NCBI GenBank assembly: GCA_964188305.1 | Contig: OZ076885.1 | Length of the DNA: 64,000 bases | Strand: one strand, 5' to 3' | Source: Podarcis bocagei | Lineage: Eukaryota | Shown here: piece after piece, positions 15,001-28,700 of the stretch | Numbering within the stretch: the first letter of the stretch is position 1 | Layout: each line of letters opens with the position of its first letter | Notes under the pieces: generated by a model | What the model was told of the DNA's origin: nothing | The model's database searches: none | The model's input: only the letters and a program-made list of their open reading frames with translations | Position numbers and translations under genes: made by a program

Positions 15001-15381
15001 AAGAGGAGAGGGATTCACAAAAACTGCTTCTCTCCGTTTTCCACTGATGGAAGCCTTACAGTCAGCTGAGCAACACCACAGGATGCAACCCAAAGTCTTC
15101 ACCCCTCAGCCGATGTCCAACAGAGAGGAAGCCAGATGAGCTGACCTCAGGAGGGAGATCTATATCCCAGGGGTGACTCTCAAGAATCGGTCCTCGAGAT
15201 GTAAGCAAATGAAAGATGTTTAAATCAGTTACCTGATTTAGGCTGCCCTTGTGATGTGTTGATAATTTTACTTATTTGTTGAAGAACTGCTGGGAAACCC
15301 CTCATGCCAAGAAAGCCCTGGAGAAGAGAATCAAGTCTTCGGCCTGGTATCAGATGCGGAAGGCAAAGAAAGAAAACACAG

Positions 15382-15412
<31 letters not shown>

Positions 15413-16079
15413 TAATTATGCTGACAGGATTACATGCAAGGTCTATGGTGGCCATAGCTGTTGTAGTTACTTTTAGTGCTAAACATTTTGTTTTTCAAGG
15501 TCAAAGCACCTAAACAGAGGAGAGAAACTTACCCTTAGTTTCAAGGCTGTTGTGCAACTTCCTATCTGCCGTCTCCAAGAGCTGCTTGCAGGTTTTCCAT
15601 AAGTGGCACTGAGTAGACGCCAAGTCAAAGAGAGCCATAGCGGAGGGGCAGAGGCCCTCAACAACATTTCTCAGAGGGTCTGTATGCTCTAGCTGGAGAC
15701 TGTTGGCCCAGAAGCTCTCTTGGAGCATAGGGACAAGGCCTTCTGAAGGGGCAAGGAGCTTGTTGGTAACATCCGAAATCGAGTAGAACACCATACCTTG
15801 GGAAACCAAGAGAGAAAGCTTCATCAATGATTTGGGGCCACAGTTAACAGGCAACATGGGATTTCAGTCCTGAATATGTCAGACCCCTCCCTAGGTTACA
15901 CTCTCATTATTGTCCAAAACTGAGAGTGCACAGCTCCCTTTCATGCTTAGTATGGCTTTAGATGACACAGCAGAGAACAGAAGCTGCTTATTCCCTCACT
16001 GTATCCAATACCAACATGGATTCCTTACTTGCATGTTTTCATTTGTCCCTCATCGCTCTTAGGTAAGCATGCCCCCACT

Positions 16080-16126
<47 letters not shown>

Positions 16127-16706
16127 CACATACTCTATTACTGTGATTTACAAAACGGAACATTTTTTATTTATACTGCAAAGCATTTTCGTTTCTGAAC
16201 TGTTCTGTGATGCTTTTATAGCACTCTCTTTATTTTACTGTGATCAGGAAAAAGTGAGGGACAGAAGACAATTGACAAAATGTGCTGCAACCAAGAGCGC
16301 CTGATGCAAACGTAAGGAAAGTAATTTCTTGCTGAGCTACTCCCCTTGCAGCATTAGTTTTAGAGAACATCTGTGACAATCTTATTTTTTAGACACCCTT
16401 CAGGGGTGGTGGGGGTGGGGAGAGACACTGAATTTCCAAGAGGCCTGCACAGCTTTCGTCCCATCAAGCCAAATCCAGACCGCCAGCTTTGGACTGCAGC
16501 CCACTGGGGCTAGCTTGCACCCACTCTATGTTTGCAGTCCCAGCAGGCAGAAAAATCGATAGGGGTTGGGGTTTGTTTATTTTTAAGCCTATGTTGTATA
16601 TAGCCTGTATTTAGTTTGGTGGGACACAAAGCAGATTACATAGTAAGCTGCAGTTTAATTCCCTTGAAAGTCATACCCGTGCTCTGTGTGTGTGTGTGTG
16701 TGTGTG

Positions 16707-16747
<41 letters not shown>

Positions 16748-19700
16748 TCCCCACCCAGTTTCCAAATTTTAAAGCCAACAGCCAAGTCTGCACCTGCTGC
16801 TGCAGCACTTCCAATGGCCTGCAGTGTTGAACGGCCACTTCCAGACTGTTTGAGGTTTCCAGATCCCTCAGATGACTGGTGCTCAATCTTGTGCTCCACT
16901 TTTGCCAGCTCCTTGATCACTTCTTGGTAATGCTCCAAGAATATCAGCTCACCATAGGAAGAAGACGCCTCCAAACTAAACATCATCGCCACCTGTCATT
17001 GTGGAATTGAAAGAAACCACGTACGTACATATTAGGCGGGAGAAGTATTTTTTAATCAATGTTCCAGATGTTCTCTTGGGGGGGGGGAATGATAAATTCT
17101 CCTCTACTGGCAAACTCTTCTTTCCTTTTTCTGAAGTTCCTATTGAAACACAGCATAGATCCAGAGATTTTTCTAGAAAGATCAGTGGGGCAAATAAATC
17201 TACTGCTACCAGGTTTCTACCCCTGACAGGCTGTGGGTGACCAACACATTTCCAATATTGTGTGTCTCCTGCTTCTCCCATCCCAAACGGAATTTCCTTT
17301 ATTATGTAAACAAAATATTTTTTTTTTTTAAATGAAGAAATTATTATCTTGCAATTATATCTTAGATATAGAAGGATTAGTAAGCCCCTAATATCTTTTC
17401 TGGAAGAAGTCTAGACTTAAAACAATCAATTTCCTGAACATTAAAAAAAAAATCCCTACTAAATCTGGCAGGGGAGGAAGCAGACGGCTGGGAGAGGGCC
17501 ATTTGCCACATCAAGACTGTAGATGCAGGGTCAGTATGCAGAATGTCCACAGAATAGCTAGAAACCATGGAGATTAATCCCATGGCTACTCTGAACATAT
17601 AATGGATGCACGATAACATCCAGGAGAAACCAGCTACTTTCAAAACAAACACCACGCAGTGGCTATTGCGTTACCTGATGAGCTTCTACGTAGTTACCCC
17701 TCAAGATACAGGCAACAAGAAGAGATTCAGGTGGGGAAAGCATCATTGGGATGAGGGAGTTCTGTTGAGGCTTTATCCTGTATTCTACATCACTGCAGCC
17801 GGTTAGTGAACTCTCACTTCCATCTAAAAATGGAGGGAAGGTGGAGGGAGGGAGATGTAACGGTTAACAGGTAATCACTATTGAACCTGAACTGGGGAAG
17901 ATGTACACAAAGTAAGCAGTCGGTGCCAGCTCCTGCTGTTTTTGGGTAATTGCAGAACAGTCAAAAGGTTTTTAATTAGTTAAAAATGTTAATGTATGTG
18001 CTGTCCTTCAGCATTTTTAACCAGGGTGGCCAACAGTTGATAAAGAAATTAATAATAAAACCCTTAAAAATGATATCTCTGCAGCAGAATAAAAATTAAC
18101 ACTTCAGCAGAATTTCAGAAGAGAAAATAAAGAATATCTTAATATACTGTGCTTCTTTTGAGGGTGATAGGGTGGTTTACAACACAAAGGTGAAAACACA
18201 AAATGCATATAACAACAAAGAATATTAATCTCCTCCTACAAACACAAATTAATAGGCCATACATTGTTTAATCAGCCAAAGGCTTGGTTATAGAGAAACA
18301 ATTTTTGCCTAGCACCTAAAGATATGTCGTGAAAGTGCCAGGTGAGCCTCCCTGAGGAGAGCATTCCACAAATGGGGAACCACTGCAGAAAAGGCCCCTT
18401 CTCACGTTGCCACCCTCTTCTCCTGGCTCTTGAAAGACATATGAGCAGGCAGTAGTCATGCCACCATGGAGGGGGCATTTCATGGCAAGCGAAGCATGGC
18501 AGTGCGACCAAGGAAGATGCCCTGTACCTGATGTGCTGGTGAGACTTAACTCACTACTTGTGCTTGCCAGTGATGGGTCTGAGGTTCCCTTCTTCTGACC
18601 TGAAGAAGAAAATAAGCAGTTCGAGAAACACACTTTGGCCACACAAAGCAACTGAGAACATTTTATTGCAGGTTCCATGGAAAGAGAGATGGAAAGAGAG
18701 AAGCCAGTAACAATGACATGCTTGTTTGGTGATTCATCGTTGTTAAAAGAATAGCTTATCAAGCCTTGGGGAGGGAGCCTCAGAGGGGCTTCTCTCTCAC
18801 ATAGAGGACACTGACTAGCACTTACAACATATCGATACTTGTTTTTCTTTGGCCCCAAGTCTAAAGTGAGCACTGAAAGTTATACAGTCGGGTTTTTTAA
18901 TATATATGTTAAAGATATATTTTACTAAATTTCCATAAAATTCACATAAACATTCCAATTAATAATGGATTTTGCTTTTATATCTATATATATCTATATC
19001 TATATATATATAGATATATAAACAGACTGATTTTTCTTTTTTCAACAAAAGAAAAATCAGTCTTTTTTATTATACAGTGGTGCCTCGCAAGATGAAAAGA
19101 ATCCGTTCTGTGATTCTCTTCGTCTAGTGGTTTTTTCGTCTTGTGAAGCAAGCCCATTGACGGATTAGCGGATTAGCGCTATTAGCGGCTTATCGGCTGA
19201 TTGGATCAGCTGATAAGCGGCTTAGCGGCTTAGAAAAAGGGGGGAGGGGGAAAAAACCCGCAGGAACTCGCAAGACATTTTCCTCTTGCGAAGCAAGCCC
19301 ATAGGAGATTCGTTTTGCGAAGCACCTCCAAAACGGAAAACTCTTTCATCTAGCGAGTTTTCCGTCTTGCGAGGCATTCGTCTTGTGGGGCACCACTGTA
19401 ATAATATCTGATTCAGGGCTCTAGTTGTAGACCAGGATGGGTCACAGCCCCACAAATCCCCACAATCACAGACATGAAGTTCTGAAAGAGGGGAACACAA
19501 GGTTCTCTCACATTTTCTTCACCTCACCTGGCTTTGGCCTTTGAGACAGGCTGTGCCTCCTCTTTGAGCTGGACCCCCTGGTTAAGTTTCCACATGTTTT
19601 ACTGGGAACACGTTGACCTCCTAGAAGAGCAACAGTCAGCTACTGCGTTGGGGCTCCATTATTTATTTCAGTTCGAGCACACATTCAACGCAAGCAATGC

Positions 19701-22700
19701 TAGCATAAAGTAACCATGCAAGTAGAAGGTAGAAGCTGCCATCTCACGCGTTCCTAGCTTAACACACGGAATAAAACTCAAGTTCAAGTATAAAACCATT
19801 AAATGATGGAGTTTTAAGTTCTAGCCACAACATTGAAGCTATTGTGTAAACCAGTGGTAGTCAACCTTTTTATACCTACCACTCACTAATGCATCTTTCT
19901 TGATGGTAATATTTCCTTACCGCCCACCAGTGCTTGATGGAAGGAGGATTCAGCTTGTGCTATAGAACCCCCTACCGCCCACCTAGAATCCTGAAACGCC
20001 CACTAGTGGGCGGTAGGGACCAGATTGACAACCCCGTGTAAACAGACACATTTACTTCTGGATGGGCAGTAAGAGCTATGTTTTGCAGAGCTCGGGGAAT
20101 TTATGAAGGGTGAGGATTTGTGGCAGGTAAGCTAAAAAGGGCACTGGGAAACACTGGAATGGGCTTACTGACAACAGAGAAGCACCTTCTAGTGCAGTCT
20201 CACAGTAAGCTGCCTAGAATTAGGGACAACCATCAAAAATAATGATGGTTACGCTTGACTTCGGCCGGTGAAACCATTCTGGGCAAACCACATCCACCTG
20301 TCCTAGCCCCAGAGTCATACATTAAGTCAGGTGTGGGGCAGGTAAGGGCTTTGCCAAAAGAGGCGTTGCAAGTGCTGCCATCTGAAACAGCTGCTATAAC
20401 AAAGGCAGGAGCCTTCATTATAGGCATCTTGCTGCCTGTGAGATGCTGGCCCTGCCCACCTGTCAAACTGGCCCCACCCACCCCTCTCAAGGCACATCCT
20501 AATAAGGATCTGACCCATGGAGCCATGAACATGTGCTCTATTTCTTCCCTGGCTCCTTGACGGTATGAAGACTCTTGCTGCTTGCTTGGCCTTATCAAAG
20601 CACCACTGAAGTAGTAAACCACTTGGAACCCCTTACCTGCGTTTCTGTTGCTGAGCACTATTTTGTGCCGCCACTGAGCTTCAGAGAGGTACTTGGAGAG
20701 CAGCTGCACACGACAACCAAAGCCATCTCTGTTAACAGACAGATTCAAGCAGTCCAGCAATGCAAGCTCCTCCTGAGCCACATGCTTCGAGTCCCAGGGG
20801 GAAGAGCCCTCCATTTCTTTCAGATGGTCCTGGAGCACGTTGAGAATGATCTCCATTGCTACATCATCCGCTAAAAACCCAGAGGTGTCACGGACAAAAT
20901 GCTTCAAATCCAGATGGCTCCAGCTGAAGGACTCACATTTGTTGCTATCTGACTGCAAATCTTGAAGCTTTGGGATGCTGAAATGCTCCTGAGAGGTACT
21001 GTAGGCAGTGCATGTCTCAGGTCTCCTTCCGGGCTCTGCCGAGTGCTGTGGACTCGCTGAGGTGGAAGAGCCTTGGCTAGGACAATGCTCAAGCCTCCTG
21101 ACAGCACAGTTCTTTTTCTCAAGGACAGACTCTTCTGTGTTGTCCTCCTCGTGGGGATCATCACTGCAGAGGTCGCTGTAGGAGACAAAGAGCAAGGAGA
21201 AGATGTTCTCCAGGAGTTCCAGGTGTAGAGGAACAGGGACAGTCCTTAAAAACTGCTGGCACTTGGCAAGATACTGAGCAAAGAGACCTGCATAATCTGC
21301 ATTTGGGAAAACAAAACATTAGAAACAGATTTACTATTTCCCCTGCTCTCCTCATTCAAGGACTAGATGCTCAAGATAAAGGTAACTATGGAACTATGGG
21401 AGTCATGCACCTGACCTCTCTAGCCCTGTCTTCTTCCACTTCTTCCTCCTCCAGCATTTTCTTCTACCCTTTCTACCTTCTCCCCCATCACATTTTATGA
21501 CTTCCCTAGGAAACCCGTACACGTACCCCCTTGTAAGTTCTTTGGGGTAGGGACCTATCATATCTGTTCTTTGCAAAGCAACATAGACACACAGATGGTG
21601 CAGAATATATAAAAACCTCTTCACATAACAAGTCTCTGTAGGCATGCCAATATCCAGTATAAATATCATTTATTTCTAACTCCATATAAAAAGAATATGT
21701 ACGATAAACTTTTATATTGTTTACAAAAACAAAACTCAAGAGGGGGAAAAGCTTCTAACTTTAATGTTTGCCTGCTGAATATGCAGAAATATAAATGTGC
21801 CTGAAAATTAGGCAACATTCATATCCCAGCCACCTGTCTTAAATGCCCCCAGCTTAAAAACTCTCCGGAGGGTTTTGATACAGCCACAGAATAAAGAAGG
21901 GAGGGGTAGCATTTAGTTGGACATTCAACATCACGTAGGTAACACTGGCCATTTCCAAAAACAGAATGCAGGCTGTGCCTTATACCAAGTCAGAGAGTCG
22001 ATGCGTCTAAGTCAGTGACTGGCAGCAGCTCTCCAGGGTTTTCAGGGAGAGGGTCCTTCCCAGCCCTAGAGAATCTGGGGATTGAACCCGGTACCTTCTG
22101 CATGCAAGTCATGTGCTTTACCACTAAGCTACAGCTCTTGCCCTGACACATTAGCCCATCTCATCCAGATAATAGAAGCAGGGTACAGAATTAGACTAGC
22201 AGCACTAGGATAAGGGAGTCAAAGAGAAGGAGTCTACAGATTCATGTCTAACTCAATCTATAAATATAACCCAAATGCTATCCTAAACTGTGAGCCCGTA
22301 TTAAATAATTCAATTCACAGCTTATCAGGAAACAATTCACATTTTGACCTTGTGCAACAGCTGTTGTGCTATTTTACACACCTGTAAAAATAAAGAAAGA
22401 CGTAATTGCTCTTACAGTAAGGGTGAATTCTCAGCACAAGGCCTTCACAAATCAGCCCATGGGTATACCTAAACCTTCCACATATGATTGCAACTGCCAA
22501 TGTAAACTTTCCCTCAGCTTTAAAAGGATTTTTATGTAACTGTAAAGGGATAAAAAAGGGGAAATATGCAGTAATACTTCCCTATACGTTATGATCCACC
22601 TATTCCAGTTTGTGCACTCATAAAGTCTCCTTGTAGCAGCAATGAATGGCTTTAGGGAGGGTGGAAGAAAGAGAAGTGCATGTGGCACCTGCCCCTCCAT

Positions 22701-25700
22701 AAAAGCTTACAGCTCAGTGGGCCAGAGTGTGGTACCCAAAGAGCTAAACCTCTGGGGCAATGCCTTGCTACTTTGGAGCACCCTACACCAGTGATGGCCA
22801 AACTTGGCTCTGCAGCTGTTTTGGGACTACAACTCCCATCATCCTTAGCTAACTGGTCAGGCACGATGGGAATTGTAGTCCCAAAGCAGCTGGAGGGCCA
22901 GGTTTGGCCACCACTGCCCTACACCTCTAGAAATCACTTACTGATCCTATGGACTCCTTTCTACACCATTATCTATAAATCCTTACTTGGTGATTGTCTC
23001 CTTCCATAAATCCCACATTTCCCCTATGAAGTCTGGGCCAGTGGAGATATCACTGCCAAAGAAATTGATGGGGCAAAGGAACGAAAGCACACCATCCCAT
23101 CCGAACATGGAACATGGTGAAATGATGGCACAGCAGATGGCAATCTCTCCTGCTGCACCAGCATTACAGTTCTGGGGAAAAAACCCTATTCAGGTGTGTC
23201 TTGTTCTGCAGAAAGAAGTAGATGAACACCAAATAAAAAGCAACAATGACTTTTGTTACAAGGTATGTGGAAGCAACCAGACCTGGGCAAAGAGGCTGAT
23301 CTGCAGATTTGCATTCGCCAGGCATCTCCTCAGGGAGGCCATTGACAAAAAAGTTCCTGCAGTCTTTGCAATGTGAATCTTTGTGTGCATTGACACAGAG
23401 GGCATATATGGCATATTTCATGGCACAAAATGCCTGGAAAAGAATGAGATTGCGACGCAGGCTCAAATGACTGGAAGCTGCCATCGCCGTTGAATCTATA
23501 AAAAAAAAGAGAGAGAAAGTGGGAAATGGGAAATGGAAAGTTGAATTTGCTCAGCTGTAGGCAAGTTATTAACATTTCCGTTGTTTCCAGAGCCTGGAAT
23601 CAGTGCTCCCACCCAATCCCAAACAAGGTTAGAGAAGCTGCAGACCAACAATGGGTGTAGCACATAGGGTTGTGTGTGTGTCTGAGGGAGAGAAGGAAAA
23701 ACAGAGAAACAGGCTGGGGCTGTATTGTGAGTGGATGTGGGCTTTAACCTTTTATCCTCATTGCAGCCCCAACAGAAATTGTCTCTGTCTATACCTTCAT
23801 TTCACAATGAGAAGAGAGCTTTGAATTGTACCAGTGGGAGACACCCCGCCCCGAAACATACACACACACACATATGGTTCCAATTAGGACCAAAGGCTTG
23901 CAGTTCACCTCCCCGCGTGCCACAGTCCCCATCTGCCTCATCCCCATATACATTGGCTATTAATGTCACCTAAAAAAGCATGCACACCAGTTCATGATTT
24001 GCTTTCATTTTCAAAGAATCATAGCCTAGCATTCTGTAGGAACCAAGCTCTGGTTAGTTTCTAAACAAGCCAACATCAAACTATGTGCTATGAAGCTGGC
24101 TTCTTTAACTGACCATAGTTTTCTTTCAAACCACAGTCTCTGGTTCGTAGGCAACACTAAGCCAAGATTCTTAGAAACTCAAAAGAAAATGCTAGCAAAG
24201 CCCTTCTTGCCATGACAAACAATAGTGTATCCAACAAACAGGTTAAATGGACACTTGGTCATATCTATAGCCATCTCTCCCCCCCCCCCATTTACCTTGA
24301 GCTTGTTCTGTGTCCCTGGCTGGAATTGCCTGAAGAAGTTCAGTGACAGCTTCTTCGTTCAGGGCCACAAGATTAGTAAGATGGTGCAGAAAGTAAAGGG
24401 ATGTGTGGGACTCCAAACTGTGCAAGTGCTGCAGAAGAACCTTCTCTGGGATAATATTACTGCAAGAGAAAAGAAGCCTAGTTTCAATGGCAGCAAGATT
24501 AGCTTGTAACCACACATTTTTTCAAGAGAAGGATTCCCAACCCTCTCATTCAGATTTTTCTGCATGAAGTCTTTTATATACCTGTTAAGGGGAATGTAAG
24601 TTGAGTGCTTAATGTGCGTAGCAACTGGCCATTGCACACATTCCCCAGGCCTCATGGACATCAACCATGACGTGCACATCCATCCTCGCTGAACATGTGT
24701 ATATCAAATGAATTTTATGCTTTCTCCAGCCATTGTGCATAATTCTCAACAGGTTTCCCCACCACCACCATGCTGTTACCTATTCTGTTGAATACACCAT
24801 TCAAGAACTTCCACTTGGGCACACAGTCCATCACAGAAGTCTTTTAATACTGAGTCATTGTGGAGTCCCTGTTAAAAAGAAATAGGTTTGCATCCATTCC
24901 AAGCAAAAAAAAACCCCTCCAATTCCTCTTCTTAAGAAACTGACTGGAATCAAAGCAAGGAAAAACATTGTGCCTCCCCTCACAGGCTTGATGAGGCCTG
25001 ACGTACCTGAGATTTGTGAAGAGTCCACAGCAGCATTTTTGCCGACTCTAAACTGTGACACTGAGTCCACCCTAACAATATCAGGAGGCGACTGAGGTGG
25101 CTGAATTCTCGCCGTAGTAAACTGTTGAGGCTGGAGAAGTCTTCCCTTTTCAATAAAGTTAATGCTGTACCCTAGAGAAAAGAACAACTTGTTTGTTTTA
25201 AGACTGTGGAATGCCTGAGTGGGAAGGAGAGTTAAAACTGCAAAGTTAAATTTGCAAATGTTAAAAACAGTTCTAAGAGATTTTTCATGTTCTGTTCCTC
25301 TGCCCTGTAGGGAGGCAGCCCCTGGAAAATCTATGGATAAAATGTGCTATCACAACCCCTCTCTCTTAGTTCCAAATGACTCCTTCAGCATTTTATGAAG
25401 ACATAGTGATGATCCAAAACCTGTACTAGGCATGGACCAATTCAAAGAGACTATGGCTATGAAGAATGCATGCCTTGTATGCGTCAAGGTTCCATGTTCA
25501 ATCGAGAGCATCTTGGGTACAAAGACCCTTTATTGAGATCTCAGAGAGCTAGCTATTGCCAATTGGGTTGGACAGTACTTACGGTGGACATTCAGCCTGA
25601 CTCCATAGAAGCAGATGCTAATATCTATATTAAGTGCTTCAACTCACTAAAATCCCATTCACCTTTATACACTATTTACACGCTTGTTTCAGACCTTTTC

Positions 25701-28700
25701 AAAGGTACCATTTCATAACATATGAAGGGTGTTACCCGTAGCAAGCCCCTTGATTTAGATAGGTAAGCCCACCTTCAAAAATAAACAAATCCAAGAAAGA
25801 AATACCTAAGTTACACCATTAGAGTAAGCATCTACATGAAGCACATAGAGTTCTAGTTTGCAGTTCACTGACTTAACTATTAAGGCACTAAAACTGCAGC
25901 ACATTTGCCAAAGATCTTGATAATAAAGCTGGTAGTGAGTTCACAAAGTTCTTTGCCTAACTCAGAAACAATGGCAGCCACATGATCCATTACTCAACTC
26001 CTATGTGAATGTCTCATAAGTGATTTACCAGAATTTGTTCCAAAAAGTGCTTGTTGCTGCTCAGGCAGTAGAAATAGGCAGCTTTCCAAGAAGGAGCGTG
26101 TTCACGATCCAAGAACAATGCCATCACTGCCCGCTCTGCATCCAGCTGTTCAGATGTACCTGAAACACCCATAAGTTGGGTTAATTTCACATATAGTTAA
26201 GACACAGAATAGCACCAAGATGGGCAGGCTCTCTATACATTTTAGCTACAGTCACCAATTATCTCCTGGTTAAACTAAGCCAACAGTTATCATTGCACAG
26301 CAAAGAGAACATGCAAATTTAAACAAACCTTTGCCAGGTGACTTCAGTCCCAGCAGCTTCTCTCTCATCTTCTCAATGAATACACTGCTGAACAGATTGA
26401 GCAAGGCATGGCTGTCTTTCCTGAGCAGACAGCCAAGCAGCCTCTCTTCTTTCAGCGGGCTCCGCTCAGCCCAACAGGCATCCAGAAGTTCTCGGCAGAG
26501 AAGCCGTAGCTCTCCAGTCTGATTCTCCACCTCCAAATTCAACATGCCAAGGGCACAATAAATTTCATCCACGGCCTCGCTCCCACCAGATTCCAACAAC
26601 TCTGGATTTAGATGGAGGCGCTTCAAATATTTTAGGGACTCCCAGAGAAAGTCAAAGAAGATGTGTTGTGGAGAGCCGCTGTGTGTGAGTGAAGAGCTCT
26701 GCTCGGCAGAATCTCTCTGGAGAAGCTCCAAGATGGCTTGCAGCTTCCGAGGAGCCTGCAACAGCATCTTTCGGAGAGCAGAGAACACCTCGGCACTGAA
26801 CAGCTGCACGGCTCCATCTCTCGGCTTCCTATTTGGCCCATGCCTGTTTCCAAAAGCTTCATATAGTTCCTGGGGAAATAGCTGGATTAACAGAAGATTC
26901 TTTCCACAAATACAACTGAGAGACGTAAAGAGGTAAGCAGATATATAAAATATGGAGCAGCTGTCAACAGTATTGGCCCAGTTTACACTGGGGGTCTAAG
27001 AGAGCCCCAAACACAGTTAAACATCTGCAGCTGGACAGCCCCATTCCAGTTCTATCTGCATACTGCAGCTACAAGGATTCTTCATGTAGCACCAGAGGAG
27101 AAATGATATTGTTGGGTCCCTGAGACTTCCTTGCTCCTCTCTGGTGCTATAAGAAGTATCCCCTAAGTGGCAGAGAATGAATGAGCTGATGGTGAAAAAA
27201 CAGAGAAAAGACTGGAATTAGGTTCACTAGATGACTGTAGAACCAATAGCTGCTACAGCGAAGCAGAGATGTCTGGCCACAGCGAGGATCTTTTTAATTC
27301 TCCTGTGTGAACTGGGCCATTGTCTGCTATCTAGGCCAAAGAACAAAAACTGCAAACACTATTAATGCTCATAGCTATTGAAAAGAAATCAGTAAGAAGA
27401 TGCAAAATTGACAGAAACAAGAGGAGAAATAAATGATCGGATGGTGATGCTGTCCCCACCCCTGCAGTGGAGAAACTCCCTTTCTCCCCATGCTGCTCCT
27501 GCTGATAAAGGTGAATTATCAGGTTATTATAACTCCCAATCAGAGACACTCTATCCCACTTGTCACACTCTGGTTAGATTTCCTTCATTTTTGCCAGGAA
27601 ATAGCTTCTTTGCAAGAAAACTTATGAACATGACTGTTAAACAAGTAAAGGGCAGAATGAGCATCAAGCATTTCATTATCAAAATATTTTCACATGTGCT
27701 AGCCTCTCTTGTGGGACGCGGGTGGCGCTGTGGGTTAAACCATAGAGCCTAGGACTTGCCGATCAGAAGGTTGGTGGTTCGAATCCCCGCGACGGGGTGA
27801 GTTCCCGTTGCTCGGTACCTGCTCCTGCCAACCTAGCAGTTCAAAAGCACGTCAAAGTGCAAGTAGATAAATAGGTACTGCTCCGGCGGGAAGGTAAATG
27901 GCGTTTCCGTGCGCTGCTCTGGTTCACCAAAGCGGCTTAGTCATGCTGGCCACATGACCCAGAAGCTGTACGCCGGCTCCCTTGGCCAATAAAGCGAGAT
28001 AAGCACCACAACCCCAGAGTCGGCCACGACTGGACCTAATGGTCAGGGGTCCCTTTACCTTTACCTAGCCTCTCTTGTAAATTTATTCTACACCTAAAGA
28101 GTAGGCCAGGGAGCACTTTAAAATCAAAGCAGTAGTTATCAGCTTTAAATCATGAAGTAAAGGTTTCAGAAAGCCTTATCAAAAGCTAGTTACATTTTCA
28201 AAGGGAAGCTAAACCAGCTGCATCTTGTACAGAAAGCCGCATGGTTTTCTCTTCTTCTTTCAGTCCTATTTAAGGGGTTTCTCACCACAGCCATTATGTA
28301 GCTGGTTACAGATGTCTGAGTCACATGAGTTTCTGACTGCATTTTGTTAATCATGACACATGATCCTAGAGCACCTTTCTCTTCCACAAACATTCATTTT
28401 CTTTAATGAAGTTTTTTACACAAGTAGAATGATGTGGTAATATAGGATGCAATAATATCAAAAATAAACTGGTGACCTCTTAAAACAAGTAGAACTCATA
28501 AACAGTGTTCCTGAAAAAAATTAAATCAGTTGAACCATTTGGTATTTGATCTCAGGTTGGCAATATCCAGTCCAGAACCGAAAGCAAAGCACTTACAGAA
28601 AAAAACTGAGAAGCCTAAGAGTTTGACACTAGGACTCAGAACTTTTCCTATTACCTAGACCTTTGGGACTAGAAGATAGAACTATGCAGATCCACTAGCA

